Source of the DNA: Podarcis cretensis | Taxonomy: Eukaryota | Direction: 5' to 3' | DNA length: 64,000 nt | Assembly: GCA_951804945.1 (NCBI GenBank) | Contig: OX638151.1 | Span: 28,954,001-29,018,000, forward strand | Shown: one piece after another, positions 51,201 through 63,327 of the stretch | How the letters are laid out: each line of letters starts with the position of its first letter | How positions within the stretch are numbered: the stretch's first letter is position 1 | The notes under the pieces: generated by a model | Databases searched by the model: none | Told to the model about the DNA's origin: nothing | Seen by the model: only the letters and a program-made list of their open reading frames with translations | Made by a program: the position numbers and the translations under genes

Positions 51201-53085
51201 TGAGCTGCCTTTGTAGTTTGGTGTGCATTATATGCCACAAAACAAAAATACAATTACTGGCAATATTAATAGCAAGTAAGGCGGTGTGGTTTATTAATTG
51301 AGACATAGAGACAGATGTGTTGCAGTGCATTAGAGTTCTGCCTGCCCACGAAACCACAGATCCACCTAGCCTTGCATCTGGAAGACTTTTAACAGAGGCG
51401 GGGGGGGGAGAGAGAGAAGAGTGCTAATTGTGGTGGGGAGAGAGAATAGTTTGAATCTTCCACCAGAGCCAAAAAGACACGTGCCCCGATTTCATTTAAA
51501 TGCATCTACTTTAAGCGGCTTATCAAAACTAATCATTCAAATTAGCTCTAAGAAGGTAAATTCAAGAAAGCTCCTTAAAAAAAGAACATCGTCCTAACTT
51601 TAGAATCTCTCCTCCTCCTACTTCCCCCACCAAAGAAAACCACCCATCTCAACTTGGAACAGTGACAACTGCACTTATGCACAGATTAAGACATTTTAGA
51701 CCACACTGTACATCAACTTACTGAGTACTGATCTATAAACCGTATCTCGGTGAGCATGCTACTACTGTTTATTTACCTTCTTCTGCAGGTGAACGAGGAA
51801 TCCTGCCTCTTACCACCCGCACGTACACCATGCCAGTTTCCGATTGGCAAGCTCTTTTATTGTCTATATTATTTCTGAACGTCCAAAGCACTTTAAGAAA
51901 CCCACACAACTCTTACTTAATTGCAACTCACCAAAATAATATGCAGACACTATGGACAGCTAGTGGGCATGTACCCACAACACACTGTCACTTCCTAGTA
52001 CAGCCACACTATGCATTCTGTCCAGGGCTGAGTCAACTGACAGCTTCCACAGTACGTAGTTATTTAGCCCGGAATTAAGTTTACAAGCTCTCCAAGTTCT
52101 AGGCTGTCAAATTTGCATTTGGAATCTCCCCACTCTTTGCTCTGCTCTCCGATAAGAGCTGAGAAAACATGCATTAAACTATGTGCCTTCAAGAGGCATG
52201 TTAAATGTACTGAATACACAAAGCATCTACAGTACTTTATTATGTGTGATAAATAAATAGTACCAATTGCGGAAATGATTATTTAAAAAAACAAACATAA
52301 AAACCCTATATTCCAATTGAAACAAAATACTGGCTCAGGAAGTGCCACATGCACACACCCTTCCCTTGCTCTCTAATAGACCGATTTGTCACTAAATGAC
52401 TGGAACGGTACGTTCTACTTAATTACAGAGCACTATCCTTAAAGTGGGATTAAACAGTTGGGCTGGTTCCCCCTCCTAACTATGCCTAGCTATAAACACC
52501 AGAAAGATCAAAATATCTAACTGAAAAGGTCCTAAATATTTAAATCCTGTTCTCAGAATACCTCCTTCTTAAACTCTGTTGGGGAGGGGGAAAGTGGGGG
52601 GGGGATAAATGTGTCTTTCTGAAATGTCTATTTAGACAATTCACTCTGCATTTGTGCCAAGTGCCTATTCTTAGTACCTGAATAAGAAGTGACTGTCACT
52701 CACACAGCTGTTTTGGGAGGGGGGAGTGCTTCCCTCACCCCCCCCCTTCTGTGACAGTCGCACCGCTTGCGTTGCGACTCAAAAGGTAACATTGGAGCGC
52801 GAGAGAGAGAATGAGAACAATTCTCCCACTTACTGAATTAGCAGATAAAGCCGGGCACAAAAGACGCAAGACACAAGCAGCCCCAATCATGCACACAGAA
52901 CCCGGAAAGCATTACCTGAAACAACGCTAGCATGCAGCGCTCTAATACTATTGCTATTATTATTCTCTCCCCACGCCCCGGTTCTGGGGGGGAATAAAAG
53001 TGGGAAAGAGGGTTATTATTATTATTTTTTAATAATAACATAAAAAAGAGGAAAGGAAGGGGGAAATAAGAAGAAAGGTACCTAC

Positions 53086-53361
53086 TCTTCTTNNNNNNNN
53101 NNNNNNNNNNNNNNNNNNNNNNNNNNNNNNNNNNNNNNNNNNNNNNNNNNNNNNNNNNNNNNNNNNNNNNNNNNNNNNNNNNNNNNNNNNNNNNNNNNNN
53201 NNNNNNNNNNNNNNNNNNNNNNNNNNNNNNNNNNNNNNNNNNNNNNNNNNNNNNNNNNNNNNNNNNNNNNNNNNNNNNNNNNNNNNNNNNNNNNNNNNNN
53301 NNNNNNNNNNNNNNNNNNNNNNNNNNNNNNNNNNNNNNNNNNNNNNNNNNNNNNNNNNNNN
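53086..53361 (-). CDS. ESRRG: ESRRG first coding exon (MDSVEL...EEE-type N-terminus), mostly inside the assembly gap
   Basis: At the gap edge the minus strand reads AAGAAGA|gtaggt. The phase-2 GA joins the G of the next exon to give ..E-E-E-L-L-C-R-M, matching the recalled ERR-gamma junction HYEEE|LLCRM. The promoter lies directly on the other side of the gap. Confidence 0.8.
53093..53361. other. Assembly gap (269 N)
   Basis: Run of n characters. Confidence 1.
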
Positions 53362-53520
53362 CAGAGGCCGGATTGGTCGGGCGTCAGCCAATCAGCGCCG
53401 GCGAGAGCAGAGGCTGCACAGATTGAGCGGAGCTCGGCAGGTAGAGACGGGCGGAGGGACCGGGGAAAGGGCGGGCGGGGGGAGGCAGAGGGAGAAGAAA
53501 TAATAATAACCGACAAGTGA
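53362..53520 (-). promoter_or_regulatory. ESRRG proximal promoter, CpG-rich
   Basis: CCAAT boxes at 53372-53376 (ATTGG) and 53388-53392, CRE half-site CGTCA between them, GC boxes at 53449-53454 and 53469-53480. CpG is enriched over about 52740-53960, unlike the rest of the window. Confidence 0.85.
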
Positions 53521-53814
53521 GAACGCGCAGATATAAACGATGCAACGTTTTCAAAAGGGCTTCCAAAGCGCGGCTGTGTCTTAACTCTAGCTTTAACTCC
53601 TTAGGGTGACCCAACGCTTTCTGCTTCTTAAAAGACAGTTTGGCAGGAAGGAGTTGCAAGCCTCAGTTCCTTTGGGGAAGATTTCATCAGAAGGTATTAA
53701 GTTTCGCGCTGCCGTTCTCTCTTTTCTTTTCTCCATTGCATTGTTGGCTGTCCGTGTTTTCTGTTTTGTTTTGCGATCTCGCGTTGTGACCGATTAGCAG
53801 CGCTTCTCGCTGCC

Positions 53815-54125
53815 CCATCCTATGCATGCTTACTCGGAAGGCAGCCGCTCCGGAGCTGCACAGGGTTTGTTTGCTTCCCAGCTCCACGTCAGCGTGTATA
53901 GGATTGCAGCCTTACAGCGCGCTTCCTCTGCAGGAGGACAGCTCCCAGGTAACTTCGTGGGACTGACTTCTGAGTAAACATGGACCGGCTACATGAATGC
54001 ATACTCTGAAATGAGTTTCAGTTGACTCGCTGGGGTTTACTGCCGAGTAAACATGTTGAGGGATTTGTATGTCATCTGAAATCCTAAGCATGTTTACTTA
54101 TGAATAAACATGGATGGAATTGAAC
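53815..54125. mobile_element. Tandem cluster of ~90-bp palindromic MITE-like repeats (atcctat...cttac...gtaa...aggattgca)
   Basis: Same family as copies near 5295-5385, 38215-38300, 43198-43293 and 62055-62200. Confidence 0.6.
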
Positions 54126-57100
54126 TGTTAATTTCTCCCCCTTCATATGATTCACCTAAATTCTACTCTATATTTCTAAACTCTGAGTTAAGGGGTCTAT
54201 GTGCTATCATTCTGCATTGTTGACTTTTGTAAACAAGTAAGATTAGCAGTGTTTGTATTTTCACCACTGTGAAAAAGTGACAGGGTTCAACTGAAGAGAA
54301 CTGAATGCATAACTTGCACAGAAACTAGACCATGCAGTTGTGGAGAATATATGTTTTGCCATCTCCGTGAAATAATAAGAGGTATGTTATTGATCAATAT
54401 CTTTTATAAGTAAAAGATATGTTTTTTATAACTGTCTTTACTTGAATTTAAGTCTTATTGATTTCAAGGAAACTTACTTTCAAATAATGCAGATTAGGCT
54501 CTTCAGCAGGGCTAAGGCTCCATACCTATATGCAGTAACTTGGTCATTGAAGTCAGCAGATTCAGTTCTGGGGAAAAACCATGCACTATATCCAGCTGTG
54601 CCAGCTAAAATGTAATGGTCTGATAACTATTTGTGCCACAGCTACCTATGTACAAACTTGCACAAAAACTTCAAGAATATTTTCAATGTGGAAGCAAATG
54701 TATTGCATTATTCACATGTGTACTGACAAAATTATCCAACCCTCAATTCACTACCCTTAGCTATAGCACATCAAAGCTGCTGACCAGACAAACCCATTTA
54801 ATGCAAATAAATGGACACAAAATTCCAGATATTGTTAATCAAAATACCGTTTTACAAGTACCCCCAAAATTAAACGAGAGCACAAGTTTGTCCTAATAGT
54901 CTTCGTCAATTTATGTGGCATAAATGTCATATTAATTATCTGTTTTCAGAGCAAGAATTGATGCCATCTACCTGCTGAATAAAATAATTCCAATATATCG
55001 TGATGAAACAATTGTTACAATAATAGAAAATACTTTTTTTAAAAACACAAATTCAGCTGTATTGCTTGGCACTTTTTTTTGACTGAAGCACTCTGTGATG
55101 CAAATGGCATAATCTTTTAGATCAAAACAAATCAGTGCACACCCTCAGAATGCATTAATGCCTTTCACAAATGAGAGTACAACAGCTGTCTCCAAATCTA
55201 TTTGACGGCTTTTGCCAAAGTAAGATGACAGAAGAAGACATATATGCAATGGAAATATTTGCATCTCTTTGTTTTGCTGAGCAACTTAACAGTATATAAT
55301 ATATTTATCCCATGTAGAGTTGAAAATCTGCTTTCCGATACATATGGGGACACACACACACTCTTAGGAATCAAGAATCCACACAGCATAATTGGAGGTC
55401 TCACCACTACAGAAAAGCAGATAGTAAAAACATAATTAACAGTAACATTATGCTGCCTATGTTGCTAAATGTAGACTCTAATTAAGATGTAAATTTTGGA
55501 TCTGAGCAGTGAATTAAAAATACTCTGGGATGCATCCTACCCAATCACTTCACAGATTTCACTAAACAAGCAAAAAATAATAGGTGCAATTTGAGTGCAA
55601 CACACCTTCCTAAAAACATTTTAGTAGAATAAATGACTTGTTTGTAGCAGATTTCTTTTGATTCTGTAAAATTTATATGTAATCAATATCGAAACACATT
55701 CCTATACACATGGATATCCACTCTCTTAATTCAGATAAAATTTCAATCGCTGTTCTGGCACAAGAGTTTGAAAGTCTTGTTGAATGTGCAGCTTTGTTCA
55801 AGCGTCATATAGATCTTAGTCTGCAAAGCTCTGTTCATAAGCAAAAATTATTTGCTGGAATATGGCATCATGTTCATTAAATCATCATTAGGGAATAAAA
55901 AAAAACTTCATATTTTATTTGGGCTACTGTTTTCTTTTGTGCTGTACTTTTCCATCTGCTAAGCTTTTCATGTCCACATAGTTTCCGCTATCCTTTTTGA
56001 TGCCCATGTCATCTTGCGCTTCCCCTCCGCATCACCAAATTAACTATTGCTATCTTTCCACCAGACACCTTGCAAGCATCTGTCTTTGCTGATGGTGCTG
56101 CTGCTTAGAAGACTACAGCCGTAGCATTATAATTTATGCATTCATGAAAGGCAGTTGGCCTTCTCCCCTGGGATTCAAAATGTCACCTCCACTAGACCTG
56201 GGCCTGGAATTTCAACTGCATTCTTGAACTTGGGCACACCAGTTTACAGTTCAGTTATTCTAATAAAATGAAGAAATAAATTAGGCAACTTACCAGATAC
56301 TATAGCACACTCTAAAAACGCTTGTTTTATTAAAGATGCTTTCTAATTGCACATGAAAATATAATCACAGCAAATGCTTATTACATAATGTCTAAATCAC
56401 AGAAAATCAAAATCAGGAGTGTGCTCCTCTCTCTCTCTCTCTCTCTCTCTCTGCTTTACACATATATGCACATGCTAAATCAAATGCTCTAGTGTAAAAA
56501 TCTTACCTCAAGGAATCCACAAAAGCAATAGTAATGGAATCAAGGCTAGGAGGGTGAGAGAAGCTGTCATGAGTATCTGCACCAGTCAATGAGCACTGCT
56601 GAGCACTGTCTACATCTTCACATCCCCTCTGTGTGTATAATTATTCCCATGAAGAGTACTGTACATCTTTAAGCGCCTTCACACTTAAGTGCTACAGACA
56701 TCTCATTGCATCCAAATTGCCCGACTCCTAAACCACAGCTACCTCAAGGCTACTGAAGTAAAGACTCAGTGGCACTTTGCAGAAGCAGCATAGTTAATTG
56801 TGCCAAGCACATATTTACTCAAAATGAACACTGGAGAGAAAAAATATGGGGAGGAAATCTGTGTCTGCCATGCATATTACTATTATTGCTTTGAACCCTA
56901 AGTTATATAAAGGGCATTATATACCCCCATACTTCCATATATACTGTTTCCACACCAACAAATTTCATCATTCTTTCAATTAAATTTGAATTAAAGGTGG
57001 TTAAATGTTCGTCCTGGATGTCTGAAATTGATCATGAACCAATCAGAGTAACAGGTTTGCTATATCTAGCATTCTGAATAGATTGAAAATAGATATATTT

Positions 57101-57388
57101 AGCTTTTCAAATTAGATAGAAAAATGTCAGGAAATGTTAAATTTTAAATAGTGGTTCTGTGTAACAGGCCCTTTGCGCGCTATACTCCTGTCTTGGAAGT
57201 CTTTGCACCATAGTTTCTTCATTTTACAAACACCAATCCTGCATTCACTTATTTGAAGCAAATGTTGCTGATTTCAGCTAAAAGTATTTAGCACTGAAGT
57301 GTTAAAAACTGTTTTGCAATTTGTCTTTCCGACTCTTCCTCAGGAAGTACAGTATAGCACATCCCTGGATACAATATAATCCCCTGCC

Positions 57389-57476
<88 letters not shown>
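57389..57476. repeat. Compound (CT)n(GT)n(GA)n microsatellite
   Basis: Direct observation. Confidence 0.97.
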
Positions 57477-57478
<2 letters not shown>

Positions 57479-60400
57479 ACAAAAAAACAAACATACATAC
57501 ACATAGACACACAGCAAGTGACAAGATTACTCTCTGGATTTCTTTGCATGCTTATATACACTTGAGCAAATGGTAGTAGATTACTACTTTAAAACCGTCA
57601 GGCACTTTCATTTATATTTAGCAGAAGTAATGATCACCCTGCCTGGATTTTAGACAAGCTGTATTAAAATATGCTTTCAAATACAAGCACAAACATGTGT
57701 GCATGTGTGTGGATGTGTGCACACTGCATCCCTTTTCCTTATATAAACTCAGGCGGGAGAAGCACAAAGTTTCTTCAGTAAGAAGTCATAATAATTATAT
57801 ATCAATATAACATATGCAGTCTAACCGACTGACCACAACAAATGTCCTACATCCACAATTCTTCAGGGCTAGCCCCTGTTTGTTTATGTTAGTACATAGT
57901 AGTACATAGTATAACAGTTACTCCCCCCCCCCAACTTAAAATCTCTATTGAAATGCTCAGGGGGCAGGCAGTACCTTGAAAAAATACAGTATAGGTAAAA
58001 AATGCGTTACCTATATCTCCCCTCAGTAGTCCATCATACTCTTTTTCTAGCACGTTTCCTTAGAGAACCACACAGTGTTACTGTCTCAAGCAGCCAAGGA
58101 GAAGATGACTGAGGGAATTCAGTCACTCTGTTTAATTAATACAGGATTATTTCACTTTCATTTTGTGAAGCTAATAATATGACTGGTGGAATGTCAGTAA
58201 AAATTAAATCGTAAACTAGTGCAGTGCCATGGGGAAACCTTACTTTAGTTATGAAGTATTCCCAGTAGAAATCTTGAAAAATCGTATACATATTTACACT
58301 GGTAAAATGCCACATGCTGTTTCATGGAATGCTGAAAGAATTCAAGAATCTGTGTGGCATGTATCAGAGAGCAAGAGTTAACGTTTTCAGATTATACATT
58401 AATAAGCAGGTTGAAGGTATGTTGTTTCCTGAATGTTAAAGCACCACATGCTAAATGGAGAAGTACGCTCAAGGTCAGTGTTGCATTTTGGACAATCTCA
58501 GCCGCTGTGATATTATGATAATCACACTTAAAATATTCGTATAGAAAGAGCAAATTAGGCTTTTCACTAGAAAGATGATTATGATAAACAACAATTCTGA
58601 AGGGGACAAATTCATATTGCTTTCCTTCCCCGACAATAAATTGCTGCTCCTTATTAGGAGTGTGGTGCTTCTTGTAGAAATAAGTCACCACACTATTCTG
58701 TTTGAGTTACCTTTTTATTCTTCAAAGACACTGCGTTCGAAGAGAAAACAATAGCTCACTCCTTCCCCTATACCTAAACTAATATTTAAAAGCTACCAGT
58801 CCACAAAACGAAAAAGGTCTCTCGGAAAACAAGCAGGCATCAACACCCATCCTGAAATAAGATTAGGATTGTAACTCTGACCAATTGTGGAACAAGATCA
58901 GATAGATCTCCCTCCCTCAACTCCTCTCTCCACAGCTTCCTACCTAAATGGAAGCTCCAGGCACTAAAAATAGAAAAGAAGATGGAGTGCAAATATTTCC
59001 CCAGTGAAAACACCAATAATCTTTACCGTGCGCTGACACGAATTGCTTGTTACACTGCCCTAGGATATCATGGCCTGAAGCGACAGCACACACACACACG
59101 CACACAAACACACTCAAAGACACTAACCATCTCCAAAGCCACAGTAATGTGTGTTAGTATATGTGCATTTTGCAGCGGCCTTATGAAATCTGACTTCTAG
59201 CTGCTACACCTGCCATACAAAGCCCATCATTTGTAGCCTGCCAGGGTTTGTTTTCCCTCTGAATACCTTTGCCCATCTTTCTCTCCTTTCTCTCCCCCTC
59301 TATTCACTTTTCTCTGGCATTTATATTATTAATGTTATTGCTATTATTACTGTCCAAGCATAAGCTGATCCACGGGGGAGCCTGTGTAATTTAACCCCTG
59401 AAGCGCTAAATTTCTTCACATGTGCCAAAGACACAGGTTTGTTGTTGCCTCTAGCAATATCCCAGGAAGACGAGTGATGGCGGTGTCATATCATCACATA
59501 GTGACTTAATCTATTGCGACACCCAGGGAATGGGCAACTGAAAAGATTTACGGAACATGTTTTTAACTGCATACAAACGTGCTATTCCCATTTCCCAATA
59601 AGCCAGAGTCACTGGGATCAAACCGGAACAAATTTCACCCACTTCCACTCCCGGTTCCAAATATTAAGCCCTGTGTCATCCAATCATCCTATTTCATCAG
59701 TTGAAATCCCAATGTAAAATATAACTCTGATAAACAGCATTTATAACCTCTTATTTCTTCTTTTGTTCTTTTCACGTCTCCTGATTAACAAGCAGTCAGA
59801 GCGTGTTGAATTGCTGAATAGTGCAGTCTTAGCATGATGGCCACTCGCTAGAGAAAAGAATCTTACTTCAGTATCCTTTAAAAATGGTCTGACTGGCATC
59901 AGAGACATGTTTCAAAAACAACTCGTTAATGAGCAACACCTAAAAGTAGGAAGGGCATGATATTCACATTTTAATATTTAGCTGCAATAAATATTGACAA
60001 AAAGAAAAATTACCTGTACTGTATAAAGGCAAAATGATATATATTCATTCTCCCACCATGACATGTTAAATACGAGGATCTTTATTTTGCTTTCTGTAAA
60101 ATTCCATTTCAGGCTAACATGTTAAGATATAATACAAGTTAGGCATTATTATATCTATGTTTAGATGGAGTTCCAATGGATATTTTTTTGTCAACCTGGA
60201 ACACCAATGATCCATTGTTGTGGCAGGGTCAGCAGCTCAGACACTGACTACTGCATTAATATTTTACACTGAGTAGATCTCAGGATCATGTGTGCTTACC
60301 ACTGTTAGTGACGTGAATGATACCCACACAAGTGACATGTATTATTTGGCCCATTTCCATATGTTGGCCTAAAACTACCATAAGTATGTGTAATTTGCCC

Positions 60401-60789
60401 AATATCTATTATCCTTCCACCTCTGAAGGGGGAGGAATAACAGTGGAAACCAGAATTATTAACATTGCAGAATTGCAGTGCATTGTAATGGATAACATGA
60501 GCTCATTCTCCAGACCCACCACATGCCAAAGATTATTATGGTCATTTTATGTATTTATTATAAAAAAGTATTATAAAAATGTACTCTATCTTTCCATCAT
60601 ATACTCAAGACTGCTTATACTGATGACTTCAAACCAGCTCTATGATTCTGGCCCTAGAACCATTTTTTATTTATAAAGAGTATGCAATGAGCAAGGTTCC
60701 CCCTATAAATAATTTGGTGTTGCAAGAATGTGAGAAGAGCTTTGCTCAATCAGGCCAAGGATCCATCTAATCTACAGCAGTAGCCAGCC

Positions 60790-60790
60790 A

Positions 60791-60833
<43 letters not shown>
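60790..60833. repeat. (ATT)n microsatellite inside a CR1-like tail fragment
   Basis: Direct observation. Flanks gaagagc..tcaggccaaggatccatcta...agcaggg resemble a CR1 3' end on the minus strand. Confidence 0.85.
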
Positions 60834-60834
<1 letters not shown>

Positions 60835-60907
60835 CATCCTATACCCAGAGGTCTCACTCCAGGAAGCCAACAAGCAGGGCACTGTATGTTCCCAAAGTTC
60901 AGAAATA

Positions 60908-61148
60908 CAGTGCTATCTCGGTTTAAGAAAAGTCCGGTTTAAGAACGATTTGGTTTACAAACTCCACAAAACCAGAAATAGTATCCCGGTTTGACAACTT
61001 TACCTAGGTCTAAGAATGGAATCCAAACGGTGGAAGGGCACCGGCGGCAGGAGGCCTCATTAGGAAAAGCGTGCCTCGGTTTAAGAATGGTTTTGGTTTA
61101 AAAACGGACTTCCGGAACGGATTAAGTTCATAAACCGAGGTACCACCG
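60908..61148. mobile_element. Tc1/mariner MITE, second subfamily
   Basis: ta|CAGTGCTATCTCGGTTTA ... TAAACCGAGGTACCACCG|ta. Confidence 0.9.
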
Positions 61149-62217
61149 TATACTGCCTTGAAATGGCTATCACATCTAATATGGGGACATAGTACCACAA
61201 AACCCTAAACTATGGTTTAGAACTATGTGAAAGAGCCTCAATGAGCCCTATCAAATTATCAGGTTTCTCTGTGCTCCTGTCCTCCTAGTATATGGCCAGG
61301 AGGAAGACTTTTGCCTAGTTTTGATTCACTTTTAAAGAAACTTGCTTTGAACCAGCAATCCTGGTTTAAAGCAAACCCTGATCAGTTTTGCAATAAGCCA
61401 AATTCAAACCATGAATTATGAAGCTAACTTATTAAATTGGACCCAGTTTGTTTTAAACTGGGATGCCGGGTTAGAACATAGCTCTAAACTGGAATTCTGT
61501 GAAAGTGAAACTAAACAGGGCGGAACTTTTCCTCCCCGCAGTGTGGGAGGAGCATGCTAGCCCAACACTTTGTTCAGGCTCGCTCACATAGCGCTAAATG
61601 TTTGTTTAGCATTATTGTCTAAACTGGACAAAACTTATCGAATTCTTTTAAAAGAACATTAAAGCAGAAGTGGTGGAGAAAGCATGATTCCTTGCTGTTT
61701 TAGGCTTATTTTGGAATCTGTTTTGCAGTTTGCTTTTATTATTGGTTTAGTTTTACAGTTGTGCTGATTACTGATTGATATTTTTAATGGGTTTATGATT
61801 TTAATACTATTTTATTTATCAACAGAATTTTGTTATAACATGATTAAGTGCAACTAATTAATGAATAAAACATCTAAAGGAAGAAGTACCAGCTATTTGA
61901 GGTCAGTGCTACATTTACTGTTCTGGGTTGTGTCAACCTATACTAATCCTATCAGCCCCTGATCTGCTACTTAGATTACTGGCCATGAGCATGAAGATTG
62001 ACATTTTTTAAAATCGAGTCACCTAACCCTTATGAAGCCGTGAACATAGGAATTAATAGTCCAATCCTAACCATACCTACTCAGAAGTCTTATTTCATTC
62101 AGGGGGCTTACTTCCCCATAAATGGGTTAGGATTGCAGCCTAAACCATTGCAGGATTTGAGTGTAATAGCATACCTGCTTACTCAGATACAAGCTCTATT
62201 TACTTCAGTGAGTCTTA

Positions 62218-62580
62218 AAGGTAAAGGTAAAGGTACCCCTGCCCGTACGGGCCAGTCTTGACAGACTCTGGGGTTGTGCGCCCATCTCACTTAAGAGGCC
62301 AGGGGCCAGCGCTGTCCGGAGACACTTCCGGGTCACGTGACCAGCGTGACATCGCTGCTCTGGCGAGCCAGAGCCGCACACGGAAACGCCGTTTACCTTC
62401 CCGCTGGTAAGCAGTCCCTATTTATCTACTTGCACCCGGAGGTGCTTTCGAACTGCTAGGTTGGCAGGCGCTGGGACCGAGCAGCGGGAGCGCACCCCGC
62501 CGCAGGGATTCGAACCGCCGACCTTTCGATCGGCAAGTCCTAGGCGCTGAGGCTTTAACCCACAGCGCCACCTGCGTCCC
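62218..62580 (-). mobile_element. Sauria SINE, full length, young
   Basis: Same subfamily as the 9136 and 25254 copies. TSD TTCAGTGAGTCTTA at 62204-62217 and 62585-62598. Inserted into a short palindromic MITE. Confidence 0.97.
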
Positions 62581-63237
62581 AACATTCAGTGAGTCTTACA
62601 CCCAGGTAAATATTTATAGGATTGCTGCTTAACTGTATACCTACCCCCAACAGAGTTATGACCATACAGATTTCAAGCAGAAGACATTATTAATGCAATT
62701 TATACAGGAAATATACCACCTGATGATAACAAGAAATTTTAAAGGAAAGTAATATATTTTAACTCAGGATTTTTCAGCTGTATTGAACACAAATGGCGCT
62801 ATTGTTACAATCTACATAGCTGTGCTTAGTGCATAGATTATGGCTTAGTGCAAACGAAGAGCATGTGGGCTCTTGTCAAGAGATCACAGCTGTTGTGCTG
62901 CTGTGCAGCACTGAGCTAAGCCATGCATTGACTTAGCATGTCATCCAAACTCAGGCTCATGATTTCCATCCAGCTGTAACCAAGGTTCTTTTCTAGACTT
63001 GTGGCTCATGGTTCATTCGGGAGAGCTAAACCACAAGCCCAGGTTCAGACAACATAGTAAGCAAGCTGCAGTGCAGCTGCAAAATGAACTGGCAGTTGTG
63101 AAGCAGCCACCTCCTCCCTGGTAGCTTGCACATTTGCACTAACCCAGGCAGTATACTGTACTCTTAAATGTGATCTTTTTGCAGCTAGACATTTCCATTA
63201 TTGTTCATTTCTATTGATCAGTCAGTTAGGTCTATAC

Positions 63238-63327
63238 CATAGCTGTCAACTTTTCCCTTTTCTTGCGAGGAATCCTATTTGGAATAAGGGAATTTCCCTT
63301 TAAAAAAGGGAAACATTGACAGCTATG
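63238..63327. mobile_element. 90-bp hAT MITE
   Basis: TIR CATAGCTGTCAA / TTGACAGCTATG and 8-bp TSD GTCTATAC / GCCTATAC. Confidence 0.9.

Larger units (their letters stand above)
10515..53085 (-). other. ESRRG: ESRRG intron (about 42.6 kb) between the first and second coding exons
   Basis: GT at 53085-53084, AG at 10516-10515, compatible phase. Confidence 0.8.

Noticed and set aside
53029-53516. ORFs spanning the gap
   Set aside because: Their length is an artefact of the N run.
57288-57561. Low-complexity ORFs (LSLSLS/THTH/ERER; also 48211 and 26841)
   Set aside because: Translations of microsatellites.
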